From contig LSRY02000008.1 in assembly GCA_001643675.2 (NCBI GenBank), positions 1,860,001 through 1,924,000 of the forward strand: a DNA stretch of 64,000 nucleotides. Reading direction: 5' to 3'. A program made the position numbers and the translations under genes. The notes under the pieces are model-generated. The model made no database searches. It was given only the letters and a program-made list of their open reading frames with translations, and was not told the DNA's origin. Numbering within the stretch: position 1 is the first letter of the stretch; every line of letters starts with the position of its first letter. The DNA is from Monocercomonoides exilis PA203. Its lineage: Eukaryota; Protista; Preaxostyla. Below, piece after piece: positions 34,820-49,400 of the stretch.

Positions 34820-37800
34820 CAGCTCAACAACCTTGCCAATTCTTGTTATTTGTGTTTGCCAAATGAGCAGAAAAGAAATTGATTTCGTTCTTTATGGCCG
34901 CTGTCTGGTGCTCATGATGAGCATGAGATAATAAGAGGGAGAAATTATCGACAATGCTTTTATTTATCATTCAGCACCTGGATTGCAACATATCCTGCCA
35001 ATCCCCTTGAATGAATGGAATTTTATTGAAAAGTGAAGGAAAAAGAATAACAATGCCAAATCTTGTTTCGGTCATGTCACAACATTGTTGCACTTTTGAA
35101 CATGTGTTTTATTCTTCTCATATTGGTGTCATCTTTCAATTTTATTGTGAAATCCAAAGCACATACAAATGGATAATTTTCGTTTATCAAAATTCGCTCT
35201 TTCACTTGTGCATCATCTTCGCTTTCCATGTTTTCAAACGTTTTTTTCTTCTTCTTCGCATTCGCCAATACTCGATCTGGGAAATTGGATCAACATCCCT
35301 CAACATCCCAAAGAGACAAAACAAGATGATTCTCTTGTGTTTGAAAGGCATTTGTCTTCGCCTGATAGTGTCTCTTTTTCTGTCATTCTATCATCACCAT
35401 CCCCTGTTTCTATTTGTTATCTTCATCAACATTGTTAAGGAAGAGCCCATCTGATCCCAAGAAAATATATCAATGAGAATGAGCAGGATTGTTTTTTATC
35501 ATTCCTTTTGTTAATGAAAGGAAATATCACAAAGCTCTTGGTTTTTGAATTGGAGTCATCAAGGCCAATCACGTGAGCACTTTGGCGATCATCAGGGTTG
35601 TGAGTCCATGGAAAGGTATGGAAAGAAGAGAGAATGCAAAAGGCGAGAAATGAGAAGAGGAATTATTAAGAATCTGTTTGTGAATGAAGCCTTGCATGAA
35701 GCAGAAGGAAAGACAGGATGGATTTTTTTTTTGAGAGGGATTGTCAAAGAAGTTCTTTGAACTGAACAAGGATCGAATTGACAGTTGGTGTGCCTGAGTG
35801 GATTTTGAGCAGGATACACATTCTTTAGCCTTCTCATAAGTTTCAATTCATATGTGTTCCATTTGGAATGAGAGATTGTTTTGAATATATTTGAGGATAT
35901 GGTGAAACACTTTTTCTGATAGAAATGGTGGAGCCAGTTCATGCAGTTTATTTTCGACAAAAAGACATCTGGGAAAACGGGAAGGATGCATTTGTGGAGA
36001 ATGGAGAAAACAGGAGATTTTTGAGGGTGATGGAGGAATGAGATGTCTCTATCCAGAACGAGTCGGGAGAAGGGAGCAGAGGGAAATGAAGGTGAAAGAG
36101 CAAGGAGGAATGGCAGATGAAACTCAGTTTGTGAGGGGAAGAGAAAGAAGGGTAAGTTGATTTAATAAATCCTTTTTTATATGAGTTGTTGCTTAGTCTT
36201 GTGGTGTGGCTGCACATCATTGATAACTTTGGAAAATGTGTGTGGAGAAGGTTGTGTTTCCTTTGGCATTCCCTTTTGATATTTGTGTTTTTGGGGGAAA
36301 TGTGCCTGTGAATGAGCAAAAGGAGGGAATGGATGTTGTTGGGAGTGATTGAGATGTGTCTGCTTTGCAAAAAGGATGAGGATGAGGAAGAGGAAGGTGA
36401 TGGAAGGGGCAGTTGGCAGTCTGCTTGGAGGGGTCTTTTAAAGGGAGTTGAAAGAAGAAAAGCAGAGAGGGGCAGGGGATTGGGATGGAAAGGAAAGGAA
36501 GGAGGAAGAAGGAAGAAGAAAGGTGAGAGAAAGATGGTGTGGCTGGGCAAATGAAATGGGGTGAGGAGTGCTTGTGGGTGTGATGATTCCACGCTCAGCA
36601 AGGTTGTTGGGAATGTTGATGGTTGTGACGGATGCTGTGTGTTTTGGAGCAGAAAAGTTGGGGAAAGCAGACAGAAGAAACGAGAGAGGATGGTGAGTGG
36701 CAGGCAGTTGTTGGAGGGGGTGAGGATGAAGCGGAGGAAAGGATGCTGGATGGGCATATGGCTGATGGAGCAGATGTGTTTGTTGAGAGGGGTTGAGGGG
36801 CAGTTGTGTTTTTGGAAGGGAGAGGAAAGAAGAGGGAGATGGAGAACATATGGAGGGTGTGGGCTTGTTGGAAACAAGAGAAGGAAGATGAAGGAAAGGA
36901 GGCATTTGAATTGTGATAAGCATGAAGGGAATGGGAAATATCCTTGAAAATTCACAAAAAAAATATCTTGTAATTTTTCAGAGGGATTTCAAACACATTA
37001 TTCTCTGTTTTGTTCTCATTCACATCGTTGGTTTCTTTTTCGCTCAGTTCCACTCAAAACTTATTTTTTATCTGTCTGTTTGTGTGGCATTCCCTTGTGT
37101 GAAAAATACAAGGGAATGAACACACATGATTGTCTTTGGAAAGGAGCCAGGGCAAATGAATTCTTTAGAAATGGCTGAGAAAATGGATTTGGAGGAGTCT
37201 GGACACACAGAAACCAGGGGGAATGGCATTTTTCTTCTTTTATAAATATTATTAAAAATATATTTGACAATTACAAAAAAAATATTTTTCTCAAATAGAA
37301 TAAGGAATTGGTTTATGCAATCAGATCAAATGAAAACAGAAAAATGCGGAAAGCGTGTTGAGAGAAGTTTTGCAACTTGGAGTGGACACGGCGCATGGCA
37401 CCCTCTGAGGGGTGCAACTCGATCCTTGAGGTGGTACTGGTGATGAGCCTCTGGGCTGACTGGGAAATGGGGCAGCGATTTATCGGCCAGATGGCTGTGC
37501 CTGTGCATGGAGCATGTTTGCGATGCCTCTTTCTATGTGCTGTGATGGAAATGTGTTGTGAATTGGCGGTATGAGTGGGCTTGTGGGGCAGCTTGGTGTC
37601 GGTGGGTGGCGTTGTTTCTTTTCAGAATGTTATCTTTTCAGCCAGGGTGGTGGAGGTGTGCCATTTTGTTTGCCTCTCGAGGGAGCTGTTGATGTGTTGC
37701 ACCTTTTTGTGTCTTTTTTCCGTATTTTATTTCTCAGCAGGGCGCAGCTGGGGATGTTTTGCAACAGAAGAATTTTTCGATGATCGGGGTTCCTGTGTGG

Positions 37801-40800
37801 GCCAAAACGGCGGGGATGCGATAGGAGCAATGAAAACAGCGATTGGGAGGGGTGCAGCGTGGAGACGAGGGGATGCAGCAGAATTTTGTTTTTTCATCTC
37901 AACGGCAGTTCTGGCGGCTGTGGCAGCGCCAGCGCAAATACGGATGATTTTATTGGATGCTCTCCTTCAGATCTGGGATTTGCCGTTATTTCAGCCAGCA
38001 AAAATATTTCGACTCCAACTGCCCACTCGACACACTGAACAGCGTCGTTGAAATTGAAGAAAGAGAATTCGTCCCAATCACACTCACTGTCTTCCCTCTC
38101 CCAACAACAGAAATCTTCTTTTCCCCAACACTGATCGTCGCCCCTTCGCTCACATGCCTCCCATCCAGCAACGTGATTGTGGAGCTCAGCTGCGCCATGC
38201 TCGACCCCACTGCATGCCCCACTGTCTTGCAAGGTGCTGCCTCACTCATCCCACACAGATTGTTTGCGTCATCTCCACTCACTCCAACATAAATCGTTTT
38301 GTCCTTCAGCCAATCCTTCTTTTCTGTATGCTGATACACCCAATTGTTTCCGTTATAATATTGGTAGTACACTCTCGTATCATTGCTATTCGTTGTGTAC
38401 GATTCGTAGAATGGGTTAGCCGATGAAAAAAGATTGTTTCCATCATAAAAATGCACATCATGGCCATATGGAGTGGAATTACTGCAACTGCAATCATGGA
38501 AGAAGAAGAAATAGCAATAAATGTTGTTGCTTGGAGCTATTTGTTGGTTTGGATCAAATCTCATTCCTCCGCCATATGATAATGCGCTGCACGAAATAAA
38601 CTGGAGGCTCCTCATTTTGAATGCAGCTGGAACATTGAAACAGCACATCCCTCCGCCACTAGTGCTTGAAAGTGAGCACGAAGTGAATAAACATTCAAAC
38701 ACACAAGCACTCTCCCCTTTGTCGTTTTCTGTTCCAATACAGGAAGATCCAGAAACATTAAAAGTTTGAAGATAAAGGCCTCCTCCATAACCACTTGCTT
38801 TGCATTTCTGAAATTCGCACCCACTGATCCTGACGCATGACGAAATCGAATAAATGTCAATTCCTCCGCCTTCGTAGTTCTGAGCTGTGCAAGCGTTGAA
38901 CGAAGTATTCTCGACCGTAATGGAACATATTTCATATGCTGTTATTGCTCCTCCGCCATAATACGCGTAGCAGTCGTTGAACGAGCAATGCTTTTACAGA
39001 AAGTGTTCCCGATGAAAGACCGTATATATTGATTGCTCCTCCATTTGAAGCTCTGTCTTCATATTCATCATTTTCTCCAGTAGTTTTTGAGCCATTCCAC
39101 ACACACCAAGTGAACGAATTCGCCCCATCATCTGATATCTGCTGTCTCGCTGGTTTCGATGGATTCCCCTCACTCCCGCTGACTGCAACATTCTGAGAGC
39201 GATAGCATCCGACAAATGAGGTGTTCGAGGCAGCCGAGGAAGATGAAGGGTTGTTAAGCAAAGGCAGAAGATTTTATAAAAGGAAATTGACTGAAGATGA
39301 AGAATCTTATTGCTTATCTGAGACGTTAGAAAAGACAAAAAGAGAGCGTGACGCAAGGGATATGACGAGCAATGGAAGAATGGGGCTGAAGAAATGCAAA
39401 AAGAAGAGAAATGCGACTTTTCCTTCGAAAGCACTTTCTCCTCCTCTTTTATTTTTATCATTGCTGTTGAAAGGATTGTCATTTTTGTCAAGATTTTATT
39501 GTTGAAAAAAATAATAAGACAGTTGGTTCAATTGAAAGGCATTGTCAGCACTTGTCAAATAATTTTTTTAATTCAAAGAGAAATTGAGAGTTTCAAAAGC
39601 TAAATGCCAACGGCCAAAATGCGCATAAACTTTTCTTGAAAGACTCGTTTTGGAATCAAATTTATTGTTTTGCTTTTATTTTATTTATTGAATATGAAAG
39701 TGAATGATATGATGATGTTTTCAAATGGGACGAAATTTTTGCTTTATGAATTTTGTTCCACTCATTTCTTTCAAAGATTTTTCTCCACTTTTTATATTTC
39801 TCATTCAATAGAGCACAGTAATGTCAGTTTTATGATTATACGATTGCAAAAATTTTGGAACAAATCATTGAATTTTTCATAAATGTAAGAATTCTGTCCC
39901 AAATGGTGAAAATTCTATTTTGTTCTTTTCTTTTTGTTTTTATCCAAATATTTGAAATAAGTATTGATTGAATGTTTGCAGCAAATCGAAATGAATAATT
40001 TTCATTGATTCGTTTCATTTTCACTTGATATTTTTTAAAAATACATTTATTTATAAAAATTTATTATTATTTTATATTCAATATTTCCATAAAAAAATCA
40101 TAACTTTGAACAAATTTGTCTTTTGCTTTTATTTATTTTCGAAAAAGATAGTTATTTAAATAGCAACAGAACGTTTGTAACACTTGGCCAGAATATCATT
40201 TCTTCAAACAAATCTTTTTTTTTCACAATATTCAAACACTCATAAGTTCGCAGATGAGCCTTTTCACCGTTTATTATTCAGAAGAAATACAAATGAATTA
40301 TTTTCATTAAAAAATGTTCTTATAACATTCGGTTTGTCGAATGAATGTTTCAAACAAAATAGGATTCGATATTCAATTTCTTTTCTCTTAAAATCAAAGA
40401 TAATTTGAAATTTGATTTTCTCGTAAATTAGCAGATTCTTTTTTTCAACAAAATTCTCTTGACCCTTCACATGATAAAACTGTTATTGTCCATGTTGATG
40501 ATATATTTATTCAGAATTGATTTCTCACCTCTTATCTTATCTTGTCTTGTCTTGTCTTGTTTATTTATTCAGTAATTTGATAGTCAAAAATCCAGTCTCA
40601 TTCAAATAATCATTTATCATTGTTTTCATTATCGTTTGTTGATTTGAGATTTGGGTGATTCCTTTGTGGCATCACACTATTTCTATCATAAGAATTCATT
40701 TCGATAAATCAATTTGAAGATCATGAAGATGAAACCAAGCAGAACTATTGATGAGTTTCTATTTGTTTTCAGATTGTTGTCTTTCAGTTATTTTCAATGA

Positions 40801-41170
40801 TTCAATAATTGATGATTTCAATCCACTGAACAATTCATTGCAATCTGTTTGACCCAATGATCGAATGTTGGTTATTATTGGAGAACAGAATTATCATTTT
40901 TGATTTCAAAAACACTCACCCAATTTCAAATGTTAATGTCAAAGTCCAATTTCATTTTGACATTTGTTTTGAAATTTGATGAGAATCATCAACTATTTTG
41001 TATTCTTGTTTGCACCATGTTTCAACAGTATTTTTTTTCCTTTATGAATGAATTGAAACATCTTTAAACAAAAAATAAAATATTCTCAAAATGTTTTCTT
41101 GTGTGATCATTAATAATTATCTTCAAATCATCAAAATCGAGAACTGTTTTCATTCATTTGTTTGAGTATT
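34820..41170. repeat. Left arm of an ~18-kb inverted duplication
   Basis: Reverse complement of ~46465-52820. Mirrored ORFs include 35077-/52375+, 37326-/50128+, 37986-/48374+ and 40264-/47155+. Confidence 0.92.
37986..39430 (-). pseudogene. Truncated, frameshifted surface-protein paralog (left-arm copy)
   Basis: Inverted copy of 48190-49648 with one extra base at ~38991, which splits it into ORFs 38932-39261 and 37986-38702. Family homology ends at SSGQLE. Confidence 0.85.
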
Positions 41171-44067
41171 GATATCTTGAAAAACTGAATTGAGATAATG
41201 ATCAACATCATTTTCGAATTACACTTTCATTTTATTTTTTACAATGCAAAACAAAATTCATTAATATGTGTTTCTAGGCCTTTGCGACAAGGAAATATTT
41301 AGCGAATTGTGTCGGTCGAAAAAAAAGTTTTTTTTTTTTTTTTTTTTTTTTTTTTCTGAAATTAGCTATTTGAAATGTATTTTTAACAGTTTTCGCTTTT
41401 AACTTTTGAAGTTGCAAAATTTTTCTTTTGCAAATTATTTTAACACACATTTCATGCGCAAGAAGTTAAGTTTTGATTTTTCAAGAACTCATTTTTCAGT
41501 GAAATGCAATCAAATAATCTCAAAATACTTATTAATTCAGTTAAAAAATACAGATATTATCAGTGCAAGGTATTGCAATAACTCATAAAAATCACATTCA
41601 AACACAAGACAAATATTATTATCAAATGCAAAAACAATAATTTGATTTTAAATAACTTTCAGATTCAGCTGGAATTTTCAAAAATATGTAAAACAAGCAA
41701 AATAAAGCTGTGTTGTCAATATTCATTTCATGAAGTCTTTTTTTGTCCTTCAGCATCATTTAATGACCTATCTTTTCCACTTTAAATCGACTGAAGCAAG
41801 AGGCCAACAATGAAACTAAATATGTGAACGATAGAGGAAATCTGATTTTGAGCGGCTGTTGTTGGATTGATGTTAAGCTGTTGTTTTTAAAAATAGGAAG
41901 AACATGTGGAATGCATTATCGTTGGATTTTTATAAGTTGCAAGAAAGAATGTTGGAACAATAAACGGAAGTTCTTGCTTCAACAATTTGTCCTTGTTTAA
42001 AAAAAACGAAGGAACAAAAGATGTAAATTGAAACGGGTTCCGTTCGCAAGGAGAAAATCAGAACAGGATTCCTGCGGTCTTTTGAGAATAGTGGAATTGT
42101 TCAAAGCGGCTCAATTGTTTCATATTACGTTATATTTCCATTTCCTGTGCAAATAGTCAGCAAAAGAAAAAATTGTGTGAGAGATGGAGCACTGTGAATG
42201 GAAATGAAGGTATCAGATTCAATGATTCATCTGAGGATGGGAGAGATGAGCGTTCATAAGAGCGAGGAGAAAGCGGAGCATTGGTATCACTTGAATTGAG
42301 AAAAGAATATTAACACTAAATGCTGTTTCGAGAAGCTGATGTTCTGTTTGTCCTTCCAATTCGTGTTTCCAATTGAGACAATTCTTTAGCCAGGTTACCT
42401 TCTCTGCTGCATGGGAAAAAATGCATCTCGAACAGAACAATATATCCTCCTTTTTCCTTCAGTCGAGTTCCAATGCCTGTCAGCATCTGTAACTGGATAG
42501 CAAAGCAAAATCTTTTTTGGCCTTTTATTAAGAACGTGAAAATGGTGTTTTGAGAGAAAAATGAGTGCGGAAAAAAGCATGTTGCGAAGCATCTTGATTC
42601 TCTTTCGAATACAGATTGGAATGTGCTTGTATTCACTTGATCTTTATTTGTTTTGAATGCTGAGAAGATGGAAGCGAGCCACATTTCAATGGTGCGGATG
42701 AAAGTACAGAAGATGAAGCAAATAAAGCATGTATCATTTTGAATGTTTTGGAAATTCAATTTTGTTTGTCAGAAGTGACAAAACAACAACTGTCCAGGAT
42801 GTTTCAAAAATCGAAAATATTCCATTTATCAAATAAAGAGAATTGAGTTCGTCAGGTTGGAAATTTTATTTTTTCTGCCTTTTTTGATCTTTTCATACTG
42901 AAGAATGTTCTTGGCCTTTCCCGCTGAGAAATGAATCACTTGCACAGTCTTTGGAACTTCTTTCTCTTCGTATATCTCATTTTCTTCCGCTCCTCCTTCT
43001 CCGTTCAGTATCCACAAAAATTCTTGAATTTCCAAATCCATCTGTTTTTATATACTCATTCTTTCTTTCTCTTTCTCTCTTTCTCTTTCTTCTTTTCTTT
43101 TTCTTTCTCCATATAAATTCATCTTTTTTTCCATCTTCAGCTATTTCTTGAATAAGATGTTTTTATATAATTTATACAGATAAATCTGCTGTTCTCATCA
43201 ATAATTCCATCGCCATCTTTTGACTCATTAGCTTTTCTATCTTTTTTGCTTGCTATGTTTTTATAAAACACAACCACTTCAAGAGTGTTGATTGAAGTTG
43301 ACTTCACATTAAATTCGTCAGATGTTTTGTTCAAACGCTGTATCTCTTCCATTTCGATAATAGTACAAATGGCTAAAGAATGAACATGTATCATTAATTT
43401 TATTCGTTTGGATAGACATTAACATGAAAATGTGAGCTGATTTGAATTAGGAAAGAAGAAGATGAAGATGAAGATTTCGATTCAGAATCAGTATTTATTA
43501 TATCCGCCTTCGAGTTTCTGTTGAGATGTTATTTGACTCAGAAACGAGCGGAATTCTGACACTTCTGTTACCATATCCTTCTATATGTTGAACGTCAGTC
43601 AACAATCGATGAATTACTCCACTTCACTCAGCAACAGTTTGTTTTCTCTTGTTGGCTGCAATAACGAATAAGTTGCAATCGCCTCAGATACTGCAGAAAG
43701 AAGAGAATGAATCGCAGCGTCAAACAGCATCTCGTGAATAATCTGCGAAGGCTACGAATAGGCAATCGTCAATATGGACTTTGCGAGCATGAGTTTATCG
43801 AAGAAATGCTCCAGGAGCTTTCCATATTCATTAATGCATCTTTTTATCCATTGTTCATTGCCTTTGCTTCTCAGCCAGTTTGGCAGCACACCCTTGGACT
43901 CCTGAATCAGCCTTTGCATCTTTATATTTGAATTCTTCGGTTCTAAACACTTCCAGTTTTCAGCTCAAATGATATTCATTTCTACGCATAGAAGAATGCA
44001 TTTTGCAATATCGTATAATCCAGCATTGATTCCACGAATCGAAAGAACCAAGATGACGAGTGAGGAG

Positions 44068-44439
44068 CTAGGATCTCTGCTCCCATTGTGGCAGACATAT
44101 CAGATCGAAATTGTGTAGAAAACCGACTATGAAAATCTCAGTTCCAAACTTTGCTCGTATAAATCCGGGGTAAATCGATGAATGAAAAGAAAAAGAAGAA
44201 GAACATTGTTCAAACAAAGCTAAATGAGACAACGTTGGGCAAATTTTCGCAGGCAGAGTCAATGTATTGTTAGGCTTTGCATCTATGTGCATGAATCCCT
44301 TGCTATGCGCTCGTGAAATGGCCAATGCAAAACAGCGATATTTGTTTTGCGATGACGCTATCATTAGCCTGAGTTCACCTTCCTCTACCCTGAAAACCTC
44401 TTGAAGCGTAAGTGTGTGGACTTCCTGGTTGTCTATCAA
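44068..44439 (-). pseudogene. Degenerate protein-kinase fragment inside the hAT element
   Basis: ALAISRAHSKGFMHIDAKPNNTL resembles the kinase subdomain VI consensus HSxGxxHRDxKPxNIL. The flanks are disrupted. Confidence 0.5.
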
Positions 44440-44842
44440 ATGATTTCAATGATATAAATTTTCAATACAACATTTTCTTCTTTTCTTTCTTTTTTTTTGA
44501 AAACGTAAGCTTTTTTTCCTTCAAAAAATCTTTCGTATCTTTTTTTATCTTTTCATTTTTATTTAGTTATGATTGAATTCTGTTCTTCTCATAAGTATCC
44601 CTCATTCCTTTGATATCATTTTGAATGTTTCATATTTCATCTTGAAATAGCAATTATTGTGCACACAATTTCACGAATAATTTCAAATTTCCTTCAGTAT
44701 CACAAACAACTCTGTCAAACTTCTTTCTTTATTAATAGTATTTAATTATAAAAAAAATGAACTTCATCAAACCTATTACGCATGTCAACCTTTTGTTTTC
44801 AAAATTTAAATGTTTATTTTCAAAACTGATATATTTTATTAT

Positions 44843-45857
44843 TAGGGTGCATATTTTATCTTGACCTCAATTTATTATCTCAACCCTATTTTTTTAAAAC
44901 TTATTTTTGCTTTTTTGATTTATGAAAAGGCTTAAAACAAAAACAAAATTAATAGACTTCTTGATATTTATGATTTTCAGAATTCTGTAGAAAAAAAAAT
45001 TGATATTTTTATGTACCAAATAATATTTTAAATTTTTTTTATTTTAGGACCCAGATCAAAGACTTGCTGGCTGTGAAACGAATATTTCATACTGAACGTT
45101 TTAAGCAATAGCATCACAATTCTTCACTCCTATATTATTATTTTGACTTGTTTTTAACTTTTTCAATTTAATTTTTGACCTTTTTTTCTCATTTCACTGT
45201 TTTTGCTTAAAACACGATTTTTTTAATAAACAAGTGTTTGTGTCAAATTTTATTTAAATGAAAAAAATATTCAAAATCTTATTTATTGTTTATTTGCATT
45301 AAGCATTGAAATGAAAAGGAACTTTTCAAGAATTTGAACTGAAAAGCATGTGTATATCATTTTTTTGTGTTTCAAATTACCAAACATATACAAATAATTT
45401 ATCATTTAAATAAACAAGAATCTTTTTATTATAATAATGTTTATTTATCATTTCAATAAATTACAAAACAAATTCATATTTGTCCTTTAAATCGTGTTTT
45501 TTGAAAAAATGTGTGAAATGAGAAAAAGTGTTAAAAAAACAAGTTGAGAAAGTTTAAAACAAGTTCAACTTATAAAAAATAAACGATGTATTATGATATG
45601 AAAACTTAAAACTTCCGATAAAAAATATTCGCTGGAAAAGCAGCAAGTAATTGATCAGAACATAAAATTATTATAATCCTCGATCTTATTTAAAAAAAAG
45701 AAATATTGAAAAAAAAAATACAGAATAAGGAAATAAAAACATTTCAAACATTTCTGGTTATTTTTTATTTATCACAAGCTTGTGTATAGCTGAAAGCATA
45801 ACAAAAAAGAAAATTGTCAAGATAAAGAAAAAAGGTCAAGATAAAATTACAGCCCTA
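44843..45857. repeat. Old, degenerate foldback/MITE nested in the hAT element
   Basis: TAGGGTGCATATTTTATCTTGACCT versus the reverse complement of the right end, TAGGGCTGTAATTTTATCTTGACCT. Imperfect pairing of ~45055-45230 with ~45485-45657. No TSD seen. Confidence 0.55.
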
Positions 45858-46464
45858 TGGAATATTTTCTTAAACTATTTTCAAAAATAATAACATCAAC
45901 AACGCATATATCTGAAAGCAGATAAAGTGTTTAACGAAATGTGATTTTGGACTAATAATAATATATGCAAAACAGACAATCTCTTCATTTACGTAAAATT
46001 CTTTAAATTTTCCAATCATTAAATGATATTATAAATTAAAAAGATATCATTGTCTGTTTCTGAAATGAAGTGACATTTTCAAAAAAGAAGATGCATTCGA
46101 CAAAGTGATCTCGACCGACTGATCTTTCTACCGACTGATCTTTCGACAGACTGATCTCGACAAAGATCTGTCGATAACCCATTAAAAAATGCAATTTTTG
46201 TAATTATTCGAAAAAAAATGAAATATTAAATAATGTTGTTAATTATCAAATGCAATAAGAAATATATTTTTGAAAAAAACGAGCAGAATATAATTCAAAA
46301 AAAGTTATATAAAAATATATTTTTTCGAATAAAATAAAATAGAAATATTTGTGACTGTCTTGTCGGTCGACTTGTCGAGCAGAGAAAAAAAAGTCGGTCT
46401 GTCGCAAAGGCCTATGTGTTTCATTGTATTTGAGTGATAATAAACAATAAAAACTCGAAAAAAA

Positions 46465-49400
46465 AATACTCCAAAAAAACAAGTGATCAATTAAGATGAT
46501 TTTAATATAATTCCAAATGATCCTTCAAGAAAATATTTAAAAGAATTTTTCATTTTTTCGAAAAAGATGTTTCAGTTCATTCAAAAAGATAAATAAATTG
46601 TTGAATCATTGTACAAAAAAAAATGAAAAATGGTCCGTGAACAACCTCAAATTTCAAAACAAATGTCAAAATGAATTGGATTTTGAGATTAACTCTTGAA
46701 AATGGGTGAGTGTTTTTGAAATCAAAAATGATAATTCTGTTCTCCAATAATAACCAACATTCGATCATTGGGTCAAACAGATTGCAATGAATTGTTCAGT
46801 GGATTGAAATCATCAATTATTGAATCATTGAAAATAACTGAAAGACAACAATCTGAAAACAAATAGAAACTCATCAATAGTTCTGCTTGGTTTCATCTTC
46901 ATGATCTTCAAATTGATTTATCGAAATGAATTCTTATGATAGAAATAGTGTGATGCCACAAAGGAATCACCCAAATCTCAAATCAACAAACGATAATGAA
47001 AACAATGATAAATGATTATTTGAATGAGACTGGATTTTTGACTATCAAATTACTGAATAAATAAACAAGACAAGACAAGACAAGATAAGATAAGAGGTGA
47101 GAAATCAATTCTGAATAAATATATCATCAACATGGACAATAACAGTTTTATCATGTGAAGGGTCAAGAGAATTTTGTTGAAAAAAAGAATCTGCTAATTT
47201 ACGAGAAAATCAAATTTCAAATTATCTTTGATTTTAAGAGAAAAGAAATTGAATATCGAATCCTATTTTGTTTGAAACATTCATTCGACAAACCGAATGT
47301 TATAAGAACATTTTTTAATGAAAATAATTCATTTGTATTTCTTCTGAATAATAAACGGTGAAAAGGCTCATCTGCGAACTTATGAGTGTTTGAATATTGT
47401 GAAAAAAAAAGATTTGTTTGAAGAAATGATATTCTGGCCAAGTGTTACAAACGTTCTGTTGCTATTTAAATAACTATCTTTTTCGAAAATAAATAAAAGC
47501 AAAAGACAAATTTGTTCAAAGTTATGATTTTTTTTATGGAAATATTGAATATAAAATAATAATAAATTTTTATAAATAAATGTATTTTTTAAAAAATATC
47601 AAGTGAAAATGAAACGAATCAATGAAAATTATTCATTTCGATTTGCTGCAAACATTCAATCAATACTTATTTCAAATATTTGGATAAAAACAAAAAAGAA
47701 AAGAACAAAATAGAATTTTCACCATTTGGGACAGAATTCTTACATTTATGAAAAATTCAATGATTTGTTCCAAAATTTTTTGCAATCGTATAATCATAAA
47801 ACTGACATTACTGTGCTCTATTGAATGAGAAATATAAAAAAGTGGAGAAAAATCTTTGAAAGAAATGAGTGGAACAAAATTCATAAAGCAAAAAATTTCG
47901 TCCCATTTGAAAACATCATCATATCATTCACTTTCATATTCAATAAATAAAATAAAAGCAAAACAATAAATTTGATTCCAAAACGAGTCTTTCAAGAAAA
48001 GTTTATGCGCATTTTGGCCGTTGGCATTTAGCTTTTGAAACTCTCAATTTCTCTTTGAATTAAAAAAAAATTATTTGACAAGTGCTGACAATGCCTTTCA
48101 ATTGAACCAACTGTCTTATTATTTTTTTTCAACAATAAAATCTTGACAAAAATGACAATCCTTTCAACAGCAATGATAAAAATAAAAAGAGGAGGAGAAA
48201 GTGCTTTCGAAGGAAAAGTCGCATTTCTCTTCTTTTTGCATTTCTTCAGCCCCATTCTTCCATTGCTCGTCATATCCCTTGCGTCACGCTCTCTTTTTGT
48301 CTTTTCTAACGTCTCAGATAAGCAATAAGATTCTTCATCTTCAGTCAATTTCCTTTTATAAAATCTTCTGCCTTTGCTTAACAACCCTTCATCTTCCTCG
48401 GCTGCCTCGAACACCTCATTTGTCGGATGCTATCGCTCTCAGAATGTTGCAGTCAGCGGGAGTGAGGGGAATCCATCGAAACCAGCGAGACAGCAGATAT
48501 CAGATGATGGGGCGAATTCGTTCACTTGGTGTGTGTGGAATGGCTCAAAAACTACTGGAGAAAATGATGAATATGAAGACAGAGCTTCAAATGGAGGGGC
48601 AATCAATATATACGGTCTTTCATCGGGAACACTTTCTGTAAAACATTGCTCGTTCAACGACTGCTACGCGTATTATGGCGGAGGAGCAATAACAGCATAT
48701 GAAATATGTTCCATTACGGTCGAGAATACTTCGTTCAACGCTTGCACAGCTCAGAACTACGAAGGCGGAGGAATTGACATTTATTCGATTTCGTCATGCG
48801 TCAGGATCAGTGGGTGCGAATTTCAGAAATGCAAAGCAAGTGGTTATGGAGGAGGCCTTTATCTTCAAACTTTTAATGTTTCTGGATCTTCCTGTATTGG
48901 AACAGAAAACGACAAAGGGGAGAGTGCTTGTGTGTTTGAATGTTTATTCACTTCGTGCTCACTTTCAAGCACTAGTGGCGGAGGGATGTGCTGTTTCAAT
49001 GTTCCAGCTGCATTCAAAATGAGGAGCCTCCAGTTTATTTCGTGCAGCGCATTATCATATGGCGGAGGAATGAGATTTGATCCAAACCAACAAATAGCTC
49101 CAAGCAACAACATTTATTGCTATTTCTTCTTCTTCCATGATTGCAGTTGCAGTAATTCCACTCCATATGGCCATGATGTGCATTTTTATGATGGAAACAA
49201 TCTTTTTTCATCGGCTAACCCATTCTACGAATCGTACACAACGAATAGCAATGATACGAGAGTGTACTACCAATATTATAACGGAAACAATTGGGTGTAT
49301 CAGCATACAGAAAAGAAGGATTGGCTGAAGGACAAAACGATTTATGTTGGAGTGAGTGGAGATGACGCAAACAATCTGTGTGGGATGAGTGAGGCAGCAC

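Larger units (their letters stand above)
41275..46414. mobile_element. hAT-type DNA transposon (5140 bp), non-autonomous/decayed
   Basis: Perfect 15-bp TIR TAGGCCTTTGCGACA (41275-41289 / 46400-46414). 8-bp TSD TGTGTTTC (41267-41274 and 46415-46422). Subterminal CGACTGATCT / TGTCGGTCGA motifs. No intact transposase ORF. Confidence 0.85.
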
